Below, in pieces: positions 36,113 through 46,075 of a stretch of DNA of 64,000 nt. Position 1 is the first letter of the stretch. Every line of letters begins with the position of its first letter. The position numbers and the translations under genes were made by a program. The DNA comes from an uncultured Gammaproteobacteria bacterium (lineage in GTDB: Bacteria > Patescibacteriota > Patescibacteriia > Magasanikbacterales > JBBTXJ01), in the NCBI GenBank assembly GCA_964636345.1, contig CAZWRL010000001.1:235-64234 (forward strand), given 5' to 3'. The notes under the pieces were generated by a model. It saw nothing but the letters and a program-made list of their open reading frames with translations. It made no database searches and was not told where the DNA came from.

Positions 36113-37960
36113 TTAGTTTATTTCAGACGACTTTTTCTCGCCGCGACCTTCCAGCGGTTCAATCAGCATGTTGGTATAAAACTCTTCGCGTGGCAAGAAC
36201 GGCGCCATGTCTTCCAAAGGTTTTGAAATATAGCGCCCGTCCGGCAGACGATCGGCAACGAGTTTTGGCACGAGTTTTTGACCGGAATCTAAAATGACAT
36301 CGCAGAGCACTGGGCCGTTCATGTGGAGTACGTTTTGGATGCCGGCGCGCATTTCATCGTGATTGGCGATGGTGATGCCCGGAATACCATACGCCGCGGC
36401 AACACGAATAAAGTCAGGCGTGCTATATCCGCGCCCCGTTGCCTCGTAACGCGAATCAAAATAAATTTCTTGGAATTGTTTGATAATGCCGTAGCCGTGA
36501 TTATTCAAAATAAACATTTTGATTGGCAGATCATGGAAGCGAACCGTTTGCAACTCTTGGATATTGAGTTGAAAACCACCATCGCCATCAATACAGATAA
36601 TGCGTTTCTTTTTGTCCGTGCCAAATGCCGCTCCTATCGCCGCCGGCAGTGCATAGCCCATGGGTGAATTGCCAAAGGTGGAAAAAAGTTGCTGGCCTTC
36701 TTTGACGTGAAATGCCTGCATGGTCCACGTCAGATTGCCGCCCTGGTCAGGAATAATAATGTCATCCGCGCCTAATTCTTGCGACAACGTTTCAATGAAC
36801 GCGTAGGAGTTTACGGTGCCTTGTTGCGCGTAATATTCAGGGAGGACGGTGGGGTAGCGCTGTTTTTGTGTGGCGCAATAGGTTTTCCATTCCGTAAGAT
36901 CCGGCACGCGGATTGCCGGAAGCGCGGCGTAGAGCGCCTGTATAAAATCTTTGGCATCCAGAAGAATGGGCACATCCGCTTTGACACGATGAGACAATAT
37001 GTCACCTTTGAACAATTCTTTTTCGTCGATATCAACAACGATTTTTTTTGCGCCGCGCGCAAACGTTTGTCCTTGCGCGCTCGTTTGGCGCGTATCTAAC
37101 CGCGAACCAATCGCCATCACCAGATCAGCGTTTTGCACGGCAAAATTCGCGGCGCGGTTTCCGTATACGCCGTACTGTTCAACGTAGAGCGGATGGTTGT
37201 GGGGGAGAATATCAATGCCGCTCCAGCTTGCAATCACCGGGATGCCGAGTGCGTCTATCAGCGCGCGAAATTCTTTGGTGGCGCGCGCGAGTTTAATGCC
37301 GCCGCCCGCGATGATGACCGGACGACGCGATTGATTGATCAGCGTCACCACTTCTTGTATTTTTTTTTCAAGCGCATCCGGCGGCGTCAGCACGAGCGGT
37401 TCCGGCGTGTAACCAACCAGGGTGTCGGGATCAATGTCCGCGTGTTGAATGTTGAGTGAAATATCCAAAAGAACCGGTCCGGGACGGCCGCTTTGCGCAA
37501 TAGAGAACGCCTGTTCCAGCACGGCGCGGATTTTTTCCGGCTCCGTAATTTGGTATGCCCATTTGGTGATGGGTTTTGCGATATCCACAATTTCCGTTTC
37601 CTGAAAGCCAAGTTGCCGAACGCCGCTCGTCCCTTTGGTTTCGTGCATATTCACTTGTCCGCACAAGAAAATGCAGGGGATGGAATCAAACCACGCGCAG
37701 CAGATGCCGGTGATGAGATTGGTGGCTCCCGGGCCGCTGGTCACCACGGCCGCGCCCGGTACGCCGGTTACGCGCGCGTACGCCTCGGCCGCCATGGCGC
37801 CGGCCTGTTCGTGATTGACGCAGACGTAATCAATGTCGCGCGTCTTGCGTACCGTGCCGATGGAATCAACAATATGGGCGCATGCGCCGCCCGTGATGAG
37901 GAAGATTTTTTTTATGCCGCGATCGGCCAAAAAGTGAATGAGATAATCGGACAATTTCAT
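36113..37960 (-). CDS. ThDP-dependent acetolactate-synthase-like enzyme (YerE-like)
   Basis: HEQAG.MAAE.Y, TSGPGATN, SGRPGPV, GDGGFQLNIQEL...NN.GY. Confidence 0.88.
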   Translation of the reverse strand: MKLSDYLIHFLADRGIKKIFLITGGACAHIVDSIGTVRKTRDIDYVCVNHEQAGAMAAEAYARVTGVPGAAVVTSGPGATNLITGICCAWFDSIPCIFLCGQVNMHETKGTSGVRQLGFQETEIVDIAKPITKWAYQITEPEKIRAVLEQAFSIAQSGRPGPVLLDISLNIQHADIDPDTLVGYTPEPLVLTPPDALEKKIQEVVTLINQSRRPVIIAGGGIKLARATKEFRALIDALGIPVIASWSGIDILPHNHPLYVEQYGVYGNRAANFAVQNADLVMAIGSRLDTRQTSAQGQTFARGAKKIVVDIDEKELFKGDILSHRVKADVPILLDAKDFIQALYAALPAIRVPDLTEWKTYCATQKQRYPTVLPEYYAQQGTVNSYAFIETLSQELGADDIIIPDQGGNLTWTMQAFHVKEGQQLFSTFGNSPMGYALPAAIGAAFGTDKKKRIICIDGDGGFQLNIQELQTVRFHDLPIKMFILNNHGYGIIKQFQEIYFDSRYEATGRGYSTPDFIRVAAAYGIPGITIANHDEMRAGIQNVLHMNGPVLCDVILDSGQKLVPKLVADRLPDGRYISKPLEDMAPFLPREEFYTNMLIEPLEGRGEKKSSEIN

Positions 37961-39180
37961 ACCTTCACACACTGTTCAAGATATTGTTTGATGACGTTTA
38001 ATTCGTAGTCAACCATTTCCTCGGTCAGGCCGTGATTGCATCCGATAATGAAGGTGCGGCGCATAATGGTGTTCGCCCCCGTTAATTCTCCGTGTACGCG
38101 GCAGGCGAGATTTTTATAGGGTTCATGATAAAGAATATTGCCGGTAAAGAGCAGGCGCGTCTGGATGCGATTTTTTTCAAGATACGTTAAGAGATGCCGG
38201 CGCCCAATGGGTGAACTTTCACGAATGGTCACGGGGAAAGCAAGCCAGTACACCGTGGCCTTGGGATGCGACGTTGGCATGATAAAGTGTTCCGGATATT
38301 GCGAGAGGAAGTGGAATATCTTATTGAAATTCCGCATGCGAATGGTGTTGAAATAGGAAAGTTTTTTCAACTGCACCAGTCCAAACGCCGCCTGCATTTC
38401 AACTGGCTTGAAGTTATAGCCGATTTTGACGTGATAGAACTTACCGTCGTAGTCCGTGTCGTCTAATTTGAAATTGAAACGCTGTTCAATGTCTTCATCG
38501 TAGTTTTCTGGCAGGGCGCGTCCCCAGTCGCGGTAGACTTTTGCCGTGCGAATGAGATCAGGATTATTCACCATCACCATGCCGCCACCGCCACCGGCCG
38601 TCATGTTGTGCGAGGCATAGAAACTGGTGGTGGTAATATCTGACCACAGCCCCGGCGGTTTACCGTCATATAAACTGCCGTGCGTGTCGCATGAGTCCTC
38701 AATAAAGAGGAGGCCATATTTGTCACAGAGCGCGCGAATGCGTTCCATGTCATTCATGTTGCCGAGCGCGTGCGAGATAAAAATGGCTTTGGTTTTTGGC
38801 GAGATTGCGGCCTCCAGTTGATCAACGTCAATGTTGTAATTGCCTGGTTTTGAGTCAACAAAAACCGGCGTGTGTCCCTTTACGATAATCGGATTTAATG
38901 TGGCGGGGAAGGTGCAGGCCTGGGTGATAACCTCACAATCGCGCGGGAGGTTCGCAATTTCCATGGCAATTTGATTGGCCGAGGATCCGGAATTAACAAA
39001 AAGGCCGTATTGCTTGCCGAAGAGCGCGGCGATTTTATTTTCAAATTCTTCAGTGAGGCGGCCGGGACCCAGCCAGCCATCTTTCAAGCAGGCCACAACG
39101 GCGTCAATTTCTTCTTGATCAAAGACCGCTTTGGCGTAGAGGACGCGATCGCGACCCGGGACAAACTCCGTAGGGTTCAT
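37957..39180 (-). CDS. PLP/PMP-dependent NDP-4-keto-6-deoxyhexose 3-dehydratase (RfbH/DdhC/ColD-like)
   Basis: VNSGSSAN, IEDSCD, SFYASH (His at the Lys position), RDWGR, GYN.K. Confidence 0.85.
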   Translation of the reverse strand: MNPTEFVPGRDRVLYAKAVFDQEEIDAVVACLKDGWLGPGRLTEEFENKIAALFGKQYGLFVNSGSSANQIAMEIANLPRDCEVITQACTFPATLNPIIVKGHTPVFVDSKPGNYNIDVDQLEAAISPKTKAIFISHALGNMNDMERIRALCDKYGLLFIEDSCDTHGSLYDGKPPGLWSDITTTSFYASHNMTAGGGGGMVMVNNPDLIRTAKVYRDWGRALPENYDEDIEQRFNFKLDDTDYDGKFYHVKIGYNFKPVEMQAAFGLVQLKKLSYFNTIRMRNFNKIFHFLSQYPEHFIMPTSHPKATVYWLAFPVTIRESSPIGRRHLLTYLEKNRIQTRLLFTGNILYHEPYKNLACRVHGELTGANTIMRRTFIIGCNHGLTEEMVDYELNVIKQYLEQCVKV

Positions 39181-39186
39181 AGGAAT

Positions 39187-40134
39187 TTATAATTTGTTTT
39201 TATGATCGTTAATAATATCACGAACGACAAAGTGGGGGCGCTGTTTGACCTCTTGATAAATCCGGCCAATGTATTCGCCAATGATGGAAAGACACAAGAG
39301 TTGAATGGCGCCCAAAAAGAGCACCGAGACGAGCAGGGTCAAAAATCCTGGGGGCGCCTGCCGGTAGGTATACGCAAGCGCGATATAAAAAATAATGCCG
39401 ATTGCGGAGAGGAGGGTGACCGCGGCGGCAAGATAGCTAATCCATTCAAGCGGTTGTGACGAAAACGCAAAGATCATTTTTTTGGCCCATCGCACGTTGT
39501 CCATGAAGGTCAGATTGGTTTGTCCGGAAAATCGTTCGGCGCGGGTGTAAGGGATGCCGGTGCTCTTTAATCCTGTCCAAGCGCGGAGACCCCGGATAAA
39601 TCGGTTTGCTTCCGGTAACGTACTAATAAGATCAATCGCGCGACGATCCATGAGTCCAAATTCACTGGCGTCAAGCGGCATAGGCACATCAGCCACTTTT
39701 TTGAAAAGACGATAGAATGTTTTATAACCGATGCGGCGAATGACGCTGCCGCGGCGTCGCGCGCGGATGCCATACACGATGTGGTATCCTTCCAGCCATT
39801 TTTTTACGAATTCCGGAAAGAGTTCGGGCGGGTCTTGGATGTCGCCATCTAAGAGAATAGCCGCGTCTCCGGTGCAATAGGTGAGGCCGCTCGTGTAGGC
39901 ACTCTGAACACCAAAATTGCGCGTGTGGTTGATAACCGTGAGGCGGTTATCTTGGGCGGCAATTTCACGCAGGATTTCTTCAGCGCCGTCAGGACTGTTC
40001 TCATTCACGTACACTATTTCGTAGTTGGGCGTGATATTCGTCATCACGTCGGTCACGCGCCGGTGCATTTCTCGCACGCTGCCGCCGTCGTTATAGCAAA
40101 TGACGATAACAGAGAGTTTTTTGTCTGTCAGCAT
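39187..40134 (-). CDS. GtrB-like polyprenol-phosphate glycosyltransferase (GT2)
   Basis: RNFG, DGDIQDPPE, RFIRGLR.W, two C-terminal TM helices, GEYIGRIY.EVK.RP. Confidence 0.9.
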   Translation of the reverse strand: MLTDKKLSVIVICYNDGGSVREMHRRVTDVMTNITPNYEIVYVNENSPDGAEEILREIAAQDNRLTVINHTRNFGVQSAYTSGLTYCTGDAAILLDGDIQDPPELFPEFVKKWLEGYHIVYGIRARRRGSVIRRIGYKTFYRLFKKVADVPMPLDASEFGLMDRRAIDLISTLPEANRFIRGLRAWTGLKSTGIPYTRAERFSGQTNLTFMDNVRWAKKMIFAFSSQPLEWISYLAAAVTLLSAIGIIFYIALAYTYRQAPPGFLTLLVSVLFLGAIQLLCLSIIGEYIGRIYQEVKQRPHFVVRDIINDHKNKL

Positions 40135-40232
40135 AGGGTTTTGACTGGATAATCACTCTAGCATAAGGGTTCCCCGGACACAAGAGCGGCTTGGTGGTTG
40201 ATTTTTTACAGATACCTGGGTATGCTCCTCAT

Positions 40233-40964
40233 ATGAAGGTTTTAATTACGGGCGTCTCATCGGGGATAGGACGAGCGCTTACGATACAATTGATTGAGCA
40301 AGGGCACGAGGTATGGGGTGTGGCGCGCCGGGCTGATATGTTGGCTGAATTAACGAGCACGGTAGTGAGCCCACGCTTGCATGTTGCTCCGTGCGATGTG
40401 AAGGATGCCGCGCACGTCACTGCCGTGGCGGCTGAAATGCGCACGGCTGGCTTTATACCGGATGTGGTTGTGCTGAATGCCGGTGTTTTTATCTCGGATA
40501 TTCACGGTGGGTTTCATTTTGATGCCCATCAAGAGTCATTTGATATTAATTTGAACGGCGCCCTCAGGTGGGTGGCTGAATTCTTGCCGGATTTTTTGGC
40601 GCGCGGTGCTGGTACGTTTATTGCTGTTTCTTCAACCGCTGCTTTTCGTCCAAGTGGCAGCGCTTCCTATTCGGGAAGTAAGGCCGCGCTTTCTATGGCG
40701 TTCCGTCAGTTTGCCATGAGTTTTGCTGATACGGGAATCACGTTTTCAACGGTTCATTTTGGACCCATTGATACGCGGCTCTGGCCGGGCAGGCGATTTT
40801 TTTTGGTGCCATCGTCCGGGCGCGCTGCCGCGTATGTGGCGCGGATGTTTGACCGGCCGAGCGGCTCGTACTTTTTTCCGTCCATTACGACGACGCTTTT
40901 GCGATTGTCGTTTTTTGTGCCGGATCGCGTCTTCAGATTTTTCGCGCGTTATTTGCGTCCATGA
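40233..40964 (+). CDS. Short-chain dehydrogenase/reductase
   Basis: ITGVSSGIG, NAG, YSGSK. Confidence 0.9.
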   Translation: MKVLITGVSSGIGRALTIQLIEQGHEVWGVARRADMLAELTSTVVSPRLHVAPCDVKDAAHVTAVAAEMRTAGFIPDVVVLNAGVFISDIHGGFHFDAHQESFDINLNGALRWVAEFLPDFLARGAGTFIAVSSTAAFRPSGSASYSGSKAALSMAFRQFAMSFADTGITFSTVHFGPIDTRLWPGRRFFLVPSSGRAAAYVARMFDRPSGSYFFPSITTTLLRLSFFVPDRVFRFFARYLRP

Positions 40965-41683
40965 GTACATTGAATACATTTAGTGTTCACCTATCCGTGG
41001 TCATTCCGGCACATAACGAGGCGGAGAATTTGCGCGTGTTACTTCCGGAGTTGGACAATGCGCTCCAGCATATCTCCGCGGAAATGGTGGTGGTGAATAA
41101 CGCCTCAACCGACGCGACCGCGCGGATGCTCGCGGGGTTGCAGCGCGAGCTGCCGCGTCTTATGGTTGTTGAAGAACCAACACGTGGGTACGGCCGGGCG
41201 GTGCTGGCGGGGTTACGCCAGGTGCGCGGGGAAACCATTGCCATCATTCGGGGTGACGGCCAAGAGAAACCAATAGATGTTGCGCGGATGTATGCCTTTC
41301 ATCGCGCAGAAGGGCACGATGTTTCAAAGGGCGTGCGGAGCACACGCGCGCATGACGGCCTGCGCCGCATTGCGGTCAGTTGGTTTTTTAACACGCTGTT
41401 TCGGCAGGTATTTGAGGTTCCGTTTCGCGATATCAACGCTGCGCCCAAGTTTTTTTCGCGTCGTTTTTATGAGCAGGCGCGACTTGAATCATTGGATTGG
41501 TTTTTAGACGCCGAGATTATGTTGAAGGCCGCGGCGCTTCATTGCAAAATAGGGGAAATGGGAATAGAATACCTCCCGCGTCGTTCGGGGAAATCAACGG
41601 TGCGCTTTCGGCATATCGTGGAGTTTGTGAGAAATATCGCGCAGTGGCGGGCGCGCAAAACACATGACGGATACTTTTTATAA
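40961..41683 (+). CDS. GT2 glycosyltransferase (DPM synthase-like)
   Basis: VIPAHNE, NNASTD, GYG.A, GDGQ, R..GKS. Confidence 0.88.
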   Translation: MSTLNTFSVHLSVVIPAHNEAENLRVLLPELDNALQHISAEMVVVNNASTDATARMLAGLQRELPRLMVVEEPTRGYGRAVLAGLRQVRGETIAIIRGDGQEKPIDVARMYAFHRAEGHDVSKGVRSTRAHDGLRRIAVSWFFNTLFRQVFEVPFRDINAAPKFFSRRFYEQARLESLDWFLDAEIMLKAAALHCKIGEMGIEYLPRRSGKSTVRFRHIVEFVRNIAQWRARKTHDGYFL

Positions 41684-42635
41684 CAATAAACGCGTTCTGG
41701 TGACGGGTGGGGCTGGATTTATCGGGTCATTTTTGGTGTTGGGGCTTGTGCGCGCGGGCGCGCGCGTTACGGTGCTCACGCGTCCTGGCGGAAACACGTG
41801 GCGACTGGCGGATATGCGCAAGAGTATTGAGATTGTCCCCGTTGATTTATTGAACAAGTCAGAGACGCTTGCGCTCCTCACGTCAGTTAAACCAGAATTG
41901 ATCTTTAATGTGGCCTCGCTCGTGAATACCACACAAACCGTTGAAGTGTTGGAAGAGTTGCTCCTGCAAAATTTTAGCATCGCCAAAAATCTTTTTCGGG
42001 CGGCGGCGCAGGCGGGTATTCCCAAGGTGGTGCAGGTGGGCAGTATTGAAGAATATGGGCACGGCGAGGTGCCGTTTCTTGAAACCGCGCGCGAGGCGCC
42101 CATTTCACCGTATTCACTTGCCAAGGTGATGACCACGCATTGCGCGCTTTGGTTTCATCGCACAGGCGCACTCCGCGTTTCGGTGGTGCGACCCGCCGCC
42201 ACGTTTGGCCCCGCGCAGGGCTTTGGCATGTTAACGCCCAATCTTATCCGCGCGTGTCTTGAAAAGAAGGATTTTTTGATGAACCCGGGCGATCAAATTC
42301 GCGATCTTATTTTTGTTGAAGATGTGGCGCGCGGCATCATGGCCGCGGGAGAGCGCGCGGAAGCGGACGGAGAAATTCTTAATTTGGGCAGCGGACGATT
42401 GTATCGCGTGAAAGAAGTGGCGCTTTTGATCAATGAATTACTCGGGAACCCCATTACCATTCAGTTTGGCGCGTATCCCTATCGTCCGCTTGATACGATG
42501 CGTTTTTTTATGGATTCACATAAGTCCCATCAGCTTTTGGGCTGGCACGCGCGCACGGATTTGACGCTCGGTATGCAACACACGGTTGCGTGGTATCGTG
42601 CCCATTATCAGGAGATGCCTTATGGCCAAACGTAG
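41664..42635 (+). CDS. NAD-dependent epimerase/reductase (dideoxyhexose synthase-like)
   Basis: VTGGAGFIG, GS.EEYG, PISPYSLAK, RDLIFVED. Confidence 0.88.
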   Translation: MTDTFYNNKRVLVTGGAGFIGSFLVLGLVRAGARVTVLTRPGGNTWRLADMRKSIEIVPVDLLNKSETLALLTSVKPELIFNVASLVNTTQTVEVLEELLLQNFSIAKNLFRAAAQAGIPKVVQVGSIEEYGHGEVPFLETAREAPISPYSLAKVMTTHCALWFHRTGALRVSVVRPAATFGPAQGFGMLTPNLIRACLEKKDFLMNPGDQIRDLIFVEDVARGIMAAGERAEADGEILNLGSGRLYRVKEVALLINELLGNPITIQFGAYPYRPLDTMRFFMDSHKSHQLLGWHARTDLTLGMQHTVAWYRAHYQEMPYGQT

Positions 42636-44529
42636 TATCTTTTTTCTTTTTTCTTTGTTTTTGGCATTTGAATATATTATTTTGGGTCCATTTTCGTATG
42701 TGCGGATTGGCGATAACATGGATATTTTTATTCCGCGCTTGGTATCACTGTGGCAGGGATTTTTTGTAGACGGATTTTCTTTTTGGGATGGGCGTTTTGC
42801 CGGCGGGATTGATCGTCTCGCGAATGACATGGTGTATCCCAACGTGGGCGGTCTCTTGTTTGGGATCCTGCCCGCATGGGTAGCGTATGGGTTGGTTATT
42901 ATTGGCGCGACATGGCTTGGCGGATGGTATACCTATCGGCTCTGCCGCGAACACCTTGGTTTAGGCGAGCGCGCGAGCACGGTTGCGGGGGTGCTGTGGT
43001 CTTATGCGCTTATCACCGCGGATGTTATTCCGTATTTGCTTGGATTCGGCGCGTTGCCGGTTGCGCTGTATTATCTGGAAGCGCTTGCGCGCGCAGGAAA
43101 ACCGTGGTGCGGCAGGGCGTTTCTTTTGGGCATTGCGTTTGCGTTTTTTTCATCCGTGCCTTTTACGTTGCCGTTTACCCTGGCAGCAAGCGCGCTCTGG
43201 TTTGTGGCGGTGCGGAAACACACCACACGTTCCGCTATTGCTCTTTTTTCTCTCTTTGCGCTTGGCGCAATTCTGCCGCACATTCCCGAGGTGGGGGCGC
43301 TTGCGGTGAATGCGCCGCTTTCCAATCGCGGCGGCGATTTTTATAACGCGCCGTGGTCATACGGACTTTCCACTATTATCTATCTTTCGCGTTCCTATTG
43401 GTTTGTGATCGCGCTTGCCGCGGCTGGTTTTCTGGTGCGCAGTAAAGAACGCGCGTTTCGCGGCGCGTTTTTGCTTGGCGCGCTTTTTCTTGTAGTGGCG
43501 CCGTGGTATCAGCCGTTTGCCACGCGGTTCGGTCAGTATTTTCTGCTCGTCAAAGATTTTGGTTTTGACCGTTTTTACTTTCTCGCGCCGTTCTTTTTTG
43601 CCATTGCCGGCGGTTTCACGTTGCATCATCTCACGGGCACGGTGCGCGTGCGACAGCGGGAATATGAAAAGAGCGTGATCGCGATTGCCGCGCTTGCCGT
43701 GGCGCTGGTAGGGGCGCTGGGAATGCAAAAAGTCGCGCATGCGCGGGTGTGGCTGCGCGAGGGAAGTTTTTACGCGGCAACCCACAGTCCGGCCATTGAA
43801 AAAATTCGTGAACTCAACATGCAAGAACCGTTTCGCGTGGCTACTATTGCGGATGAACGCACTGGGCTCCGTCCCACACTCGCCAACATGAATGGTTGGG
43901 AAACCATTGATGGGGATATTAACATCGCGTCGCGGCGGTATGTGGAGTTTTTTAAAGCCTTGACGCAGAATCCGGCGGTTGAACCAAAACATAGTTTTTA
44001 TCTGTTGTGGCAGGCGGGCGATGAGGAGCGTGCGCAGGCGGCGAGTGACGCGAGCGCGCTTTTGGATCCCGCGTTGCTTTCACTGGCGAATGTGCGTTTT
44101 CTTTTGTCGCCGTTTCCGGTCTTTCTCACTGGTTTTCAGTTACTTCACGCGCCGGCTGTGGCGGCGGACGCGCCATCGTTTAAGGAGGCATGGAAGATAA
44201 ATACGCGCGGCAGGGATCTCTATCTGTATGAAAATAGTGCTGTGTTTTCGCGCGCGTTTTTGGTTGATGACGCAGAAAAAATTCCTGATGTAAAAAAAGT
44301 GCATCGCGCTGAAATTATTTTTTACACTCATGATAAAATTGAAATGACCACCGCGAGCAGTACGCCAGGAGTTTTGGTGTTAACCAATAACTATAATCCG
44401 GGATGGCACGTGCTGGTGGATGGCGAGGAGAAAAAAATAATGCCGGTATATACGACATTTATGGGAATATCGCTTGAAGGCGGAAATCATACCGTAGTGT
44501 GGAAATATACTCCGGAATCAAGCAAATAA
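42622..44529 (+). CDS. YfhO-like membrane glycosyltransferase (GT-C)
   Basis: Many TM helices; LYEN....RAF and LVL...Y.PGW..VDG...G.H.V...Y.P tail. Confidence 0.8.
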   Translation: MAKRSIFFLFSLFLAFEYIILGPFSYVRIGDNMDIFIPRLVSLWQGFFVDGFSFWDGRFAGGIDRLANDMVYPNVGGLLFGILPAWVAYGLVIIGATWLGGWYTYRLCREHLGLGERASTVAGVLWSYALITADVIPYLLGFGALPVALYYLEALARAGKPWCGRAFLLGIAFAFFSSVPFTLPFTLAASALWFVAVRKHTTRSAIALFSLFALGAILPHIPEVGALAVNAPLSNRGGDFYNAPWSYGLSTIIYLSRSYWFVIALAAAGFLVRSKERAFRGAFLLGALFLVVAPWYQPFATRFGQYFLLVKDFGFDRFYFLAPFFFAIAGGFTLHHLTGTVRVRQREYEKSVIAIAALAVALVGALGMQKVAHARVWLREGSFYAATHSPAIEKIRELNMQEPFRVATIADERTGLRPTLANMNGWETIDGDINIASRRYVEFFKALTQNPAVEPKHSFYLLWQAGDEERAQAASDASALLDPALLSLANVRFLLSPFPVFLTGFQLLHAPAVAADAPSFKEAWKINTRGRDLYLYENSAVFSRAFLVDDAEKIPDVKKVHRAEIIFYTHDKIEMTTASSTPGVLVLTNNYNPGWHVLVDGEEKKIMPVYTTFMGISLEGGNHTVVWKYTPESSK

Positions 44530-44532
44530 AAC

Positions 44533-45276
44533 ATGGAAAAAAAATTTATAAACAATATCTTGCGCCGGTTTGGATATGAAATTCAAAAATCAGGCGGCAA
44601 GGGTTCGCTTGCGGCCGTACTTTTGCGTGCGAAACAAAATGGTCTTGCGCCTGCAACGGTCATTGATGTTGGCGCGGCGTGGGGGAATTGGAGTCGCGAG
44701 AGCGCGCGAGTATTTCCCGATGCGCGGTATGTGCTTGTTGAGCCGCTGGTGGAATATCGCGCATCGCTTGAGCAGGTGGCCAAAGAATTACCGGGCGCGG
44801 TTTTGGTGCCATTGGTTGCGGCCTCGGCGCCGGGAACCATGACGTTTCACGTGCATCCTGATCTTGAAGGATCGTCGGTGTATCGCGAAGGCGATGATCC
44901 GCAGATCAATGGCGTGCCGCGCGAGCTTCCAGCCACTACGCTTGATGCCATCGCCTATGAGCATCACGTTGAAGGGCCGTGTCTTTTGAAACTTGATGTG
45001 CAAGGCGCGGAACTTGAGGTGCTTCGTGGTGCGGAAGAGACGTTAAAAAATACCGAGTACGCGATACTTGAAACCTCGCTCTTTGCATCCTATGACAATG
45101 TGCCGCTTTTGCACGAGGTGATTGCGTTTATGGCCGGGCGCGGTTTTGTTCCGTACGATATTTTAGGATTGCTCTACCGTCCGCTTGATGGCGCGCTGTG
45201 CCAGACAGATGTATGTTTTGTGAAGGAAAATGGCATGTTCCGCCGCGAGCGGGCATACCGACACCACGGGGATTGA
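44533..45276 (+). CDS. FkbM family methyltransferase
   Basis: VIDVGA..G, EP, LKLDVQGAEL.VL.G. Confidence 0.9.
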   Translation: MEKKFINNILRRFGYEIQKSGGKGSLAAVLLRAKQNGLAPATVIDVGAAWGNWSRESARVFPDARYVLVEPLVEYRASLEQVAKELPGAVLVPLVAASAPGTMTFHVHPDLEGSSVYREGDDPQINGVPRELPATTLDAIAYEHHVEGPCLLKLDVQGAELEVLRGAEETLKNTEYAILETSLFASYDNVPLLHEVIAFMAGRGFVPYDILGLLYRPLDGALCQTDVCFVKENGMFRRERAYRHHGD

Positions 45277-45348
45277 TTTTTTTTGGCTTTGTTGCTACCA
45301 TATAACCCATACGGTCTATTTTTATTTTTCCTCTCAATCTTGCGAAAT

Positions 45349-46074
45349 ATGGACTTAGAAAATCATGGTTATGAGGTCAGCACTCGTTTAGTGGAAGAGT
45401 TAGCCATTCGTCAGCTTGCGCAGGTGTATCGGAAGGCAGACCCCTTTCCGCACACGGTTATAGATGGCTTTTTGTCAGAGGATTTTTTAGATGAAGTCGT
45501 TCACGATTTTGATGCCATACCAGATTCCCACTGGCAGGTATTTGAAAAAGAGGGATATGCGTATAAATTGGAGTGTCGGGAGATGGAACATTTAGGGTCA
45601 AGGGGTCGCCAAATTTTTTACGAATTGAATTCACCCCCTTTTCTGCGTTATCTTGAAAAATTAACGGGCATTACAGGATTAGTGCCCGATCCGTATCTCA
45701 TGGGTGCTGGTTTCCATAAAATTCCCCGCGGTGGCAAGCTGGCGGTGCACGCTGATTTTAATTGGTATGAACATTTTAAACTGTACCGCCGCGTCAATCT
45801 TCTGTGTTATTTAAACAAAGAATGGCAGGATGATTATAACGGGCATCTTGAGCTGTGGGATAAAACACTTGAACATTGTGTGAAACGTGTGGCACCCGTG
45901 TTTAACCGTGCCGTTATATTTAATACGACTGATTCGAGTTTTCACGGGTACCCGGGTGAAATACAATGTCCTGAAGGCATGCATCGTAAGGCAGTAACGC
46001 TATATTATTATACGAATGGCCGACCGGAAGAGGAAGCGGCTGCGCCACATAAAACCATTTGGAAAGAAACATAG
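45349..46074 (+). CDS. 2OG-Fe(II) oxygenase
   Basis: PFPH.VID, HADFN, G.LELW, P.FNR.VIF.T...SFHG, R...LYYY. Confidence 0.9.
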   Translation: MDLENHGYEVSTRLVEELAIRQLAQVYRKADPFPHTVIDGFLSEDFLDEVVHDFDAIPDSHWQVFEKEGYAYKLECREMEHLGSRGRQIFYELNSPPFLRYLEKLTGITGLVPDPYLMGAGFHKIPRGGKLAVHADFNWYEHFKLYRRVNLLCYLNKEWQDDYNGHLELWDKTLEHCVKRVAPVFNRAVIFNTTDSSFHGYPGEIQCPEGMHRKAVTLYYYTNGRPEEEAAAPHKTIWKET

Positions 46075-46075
46075 T

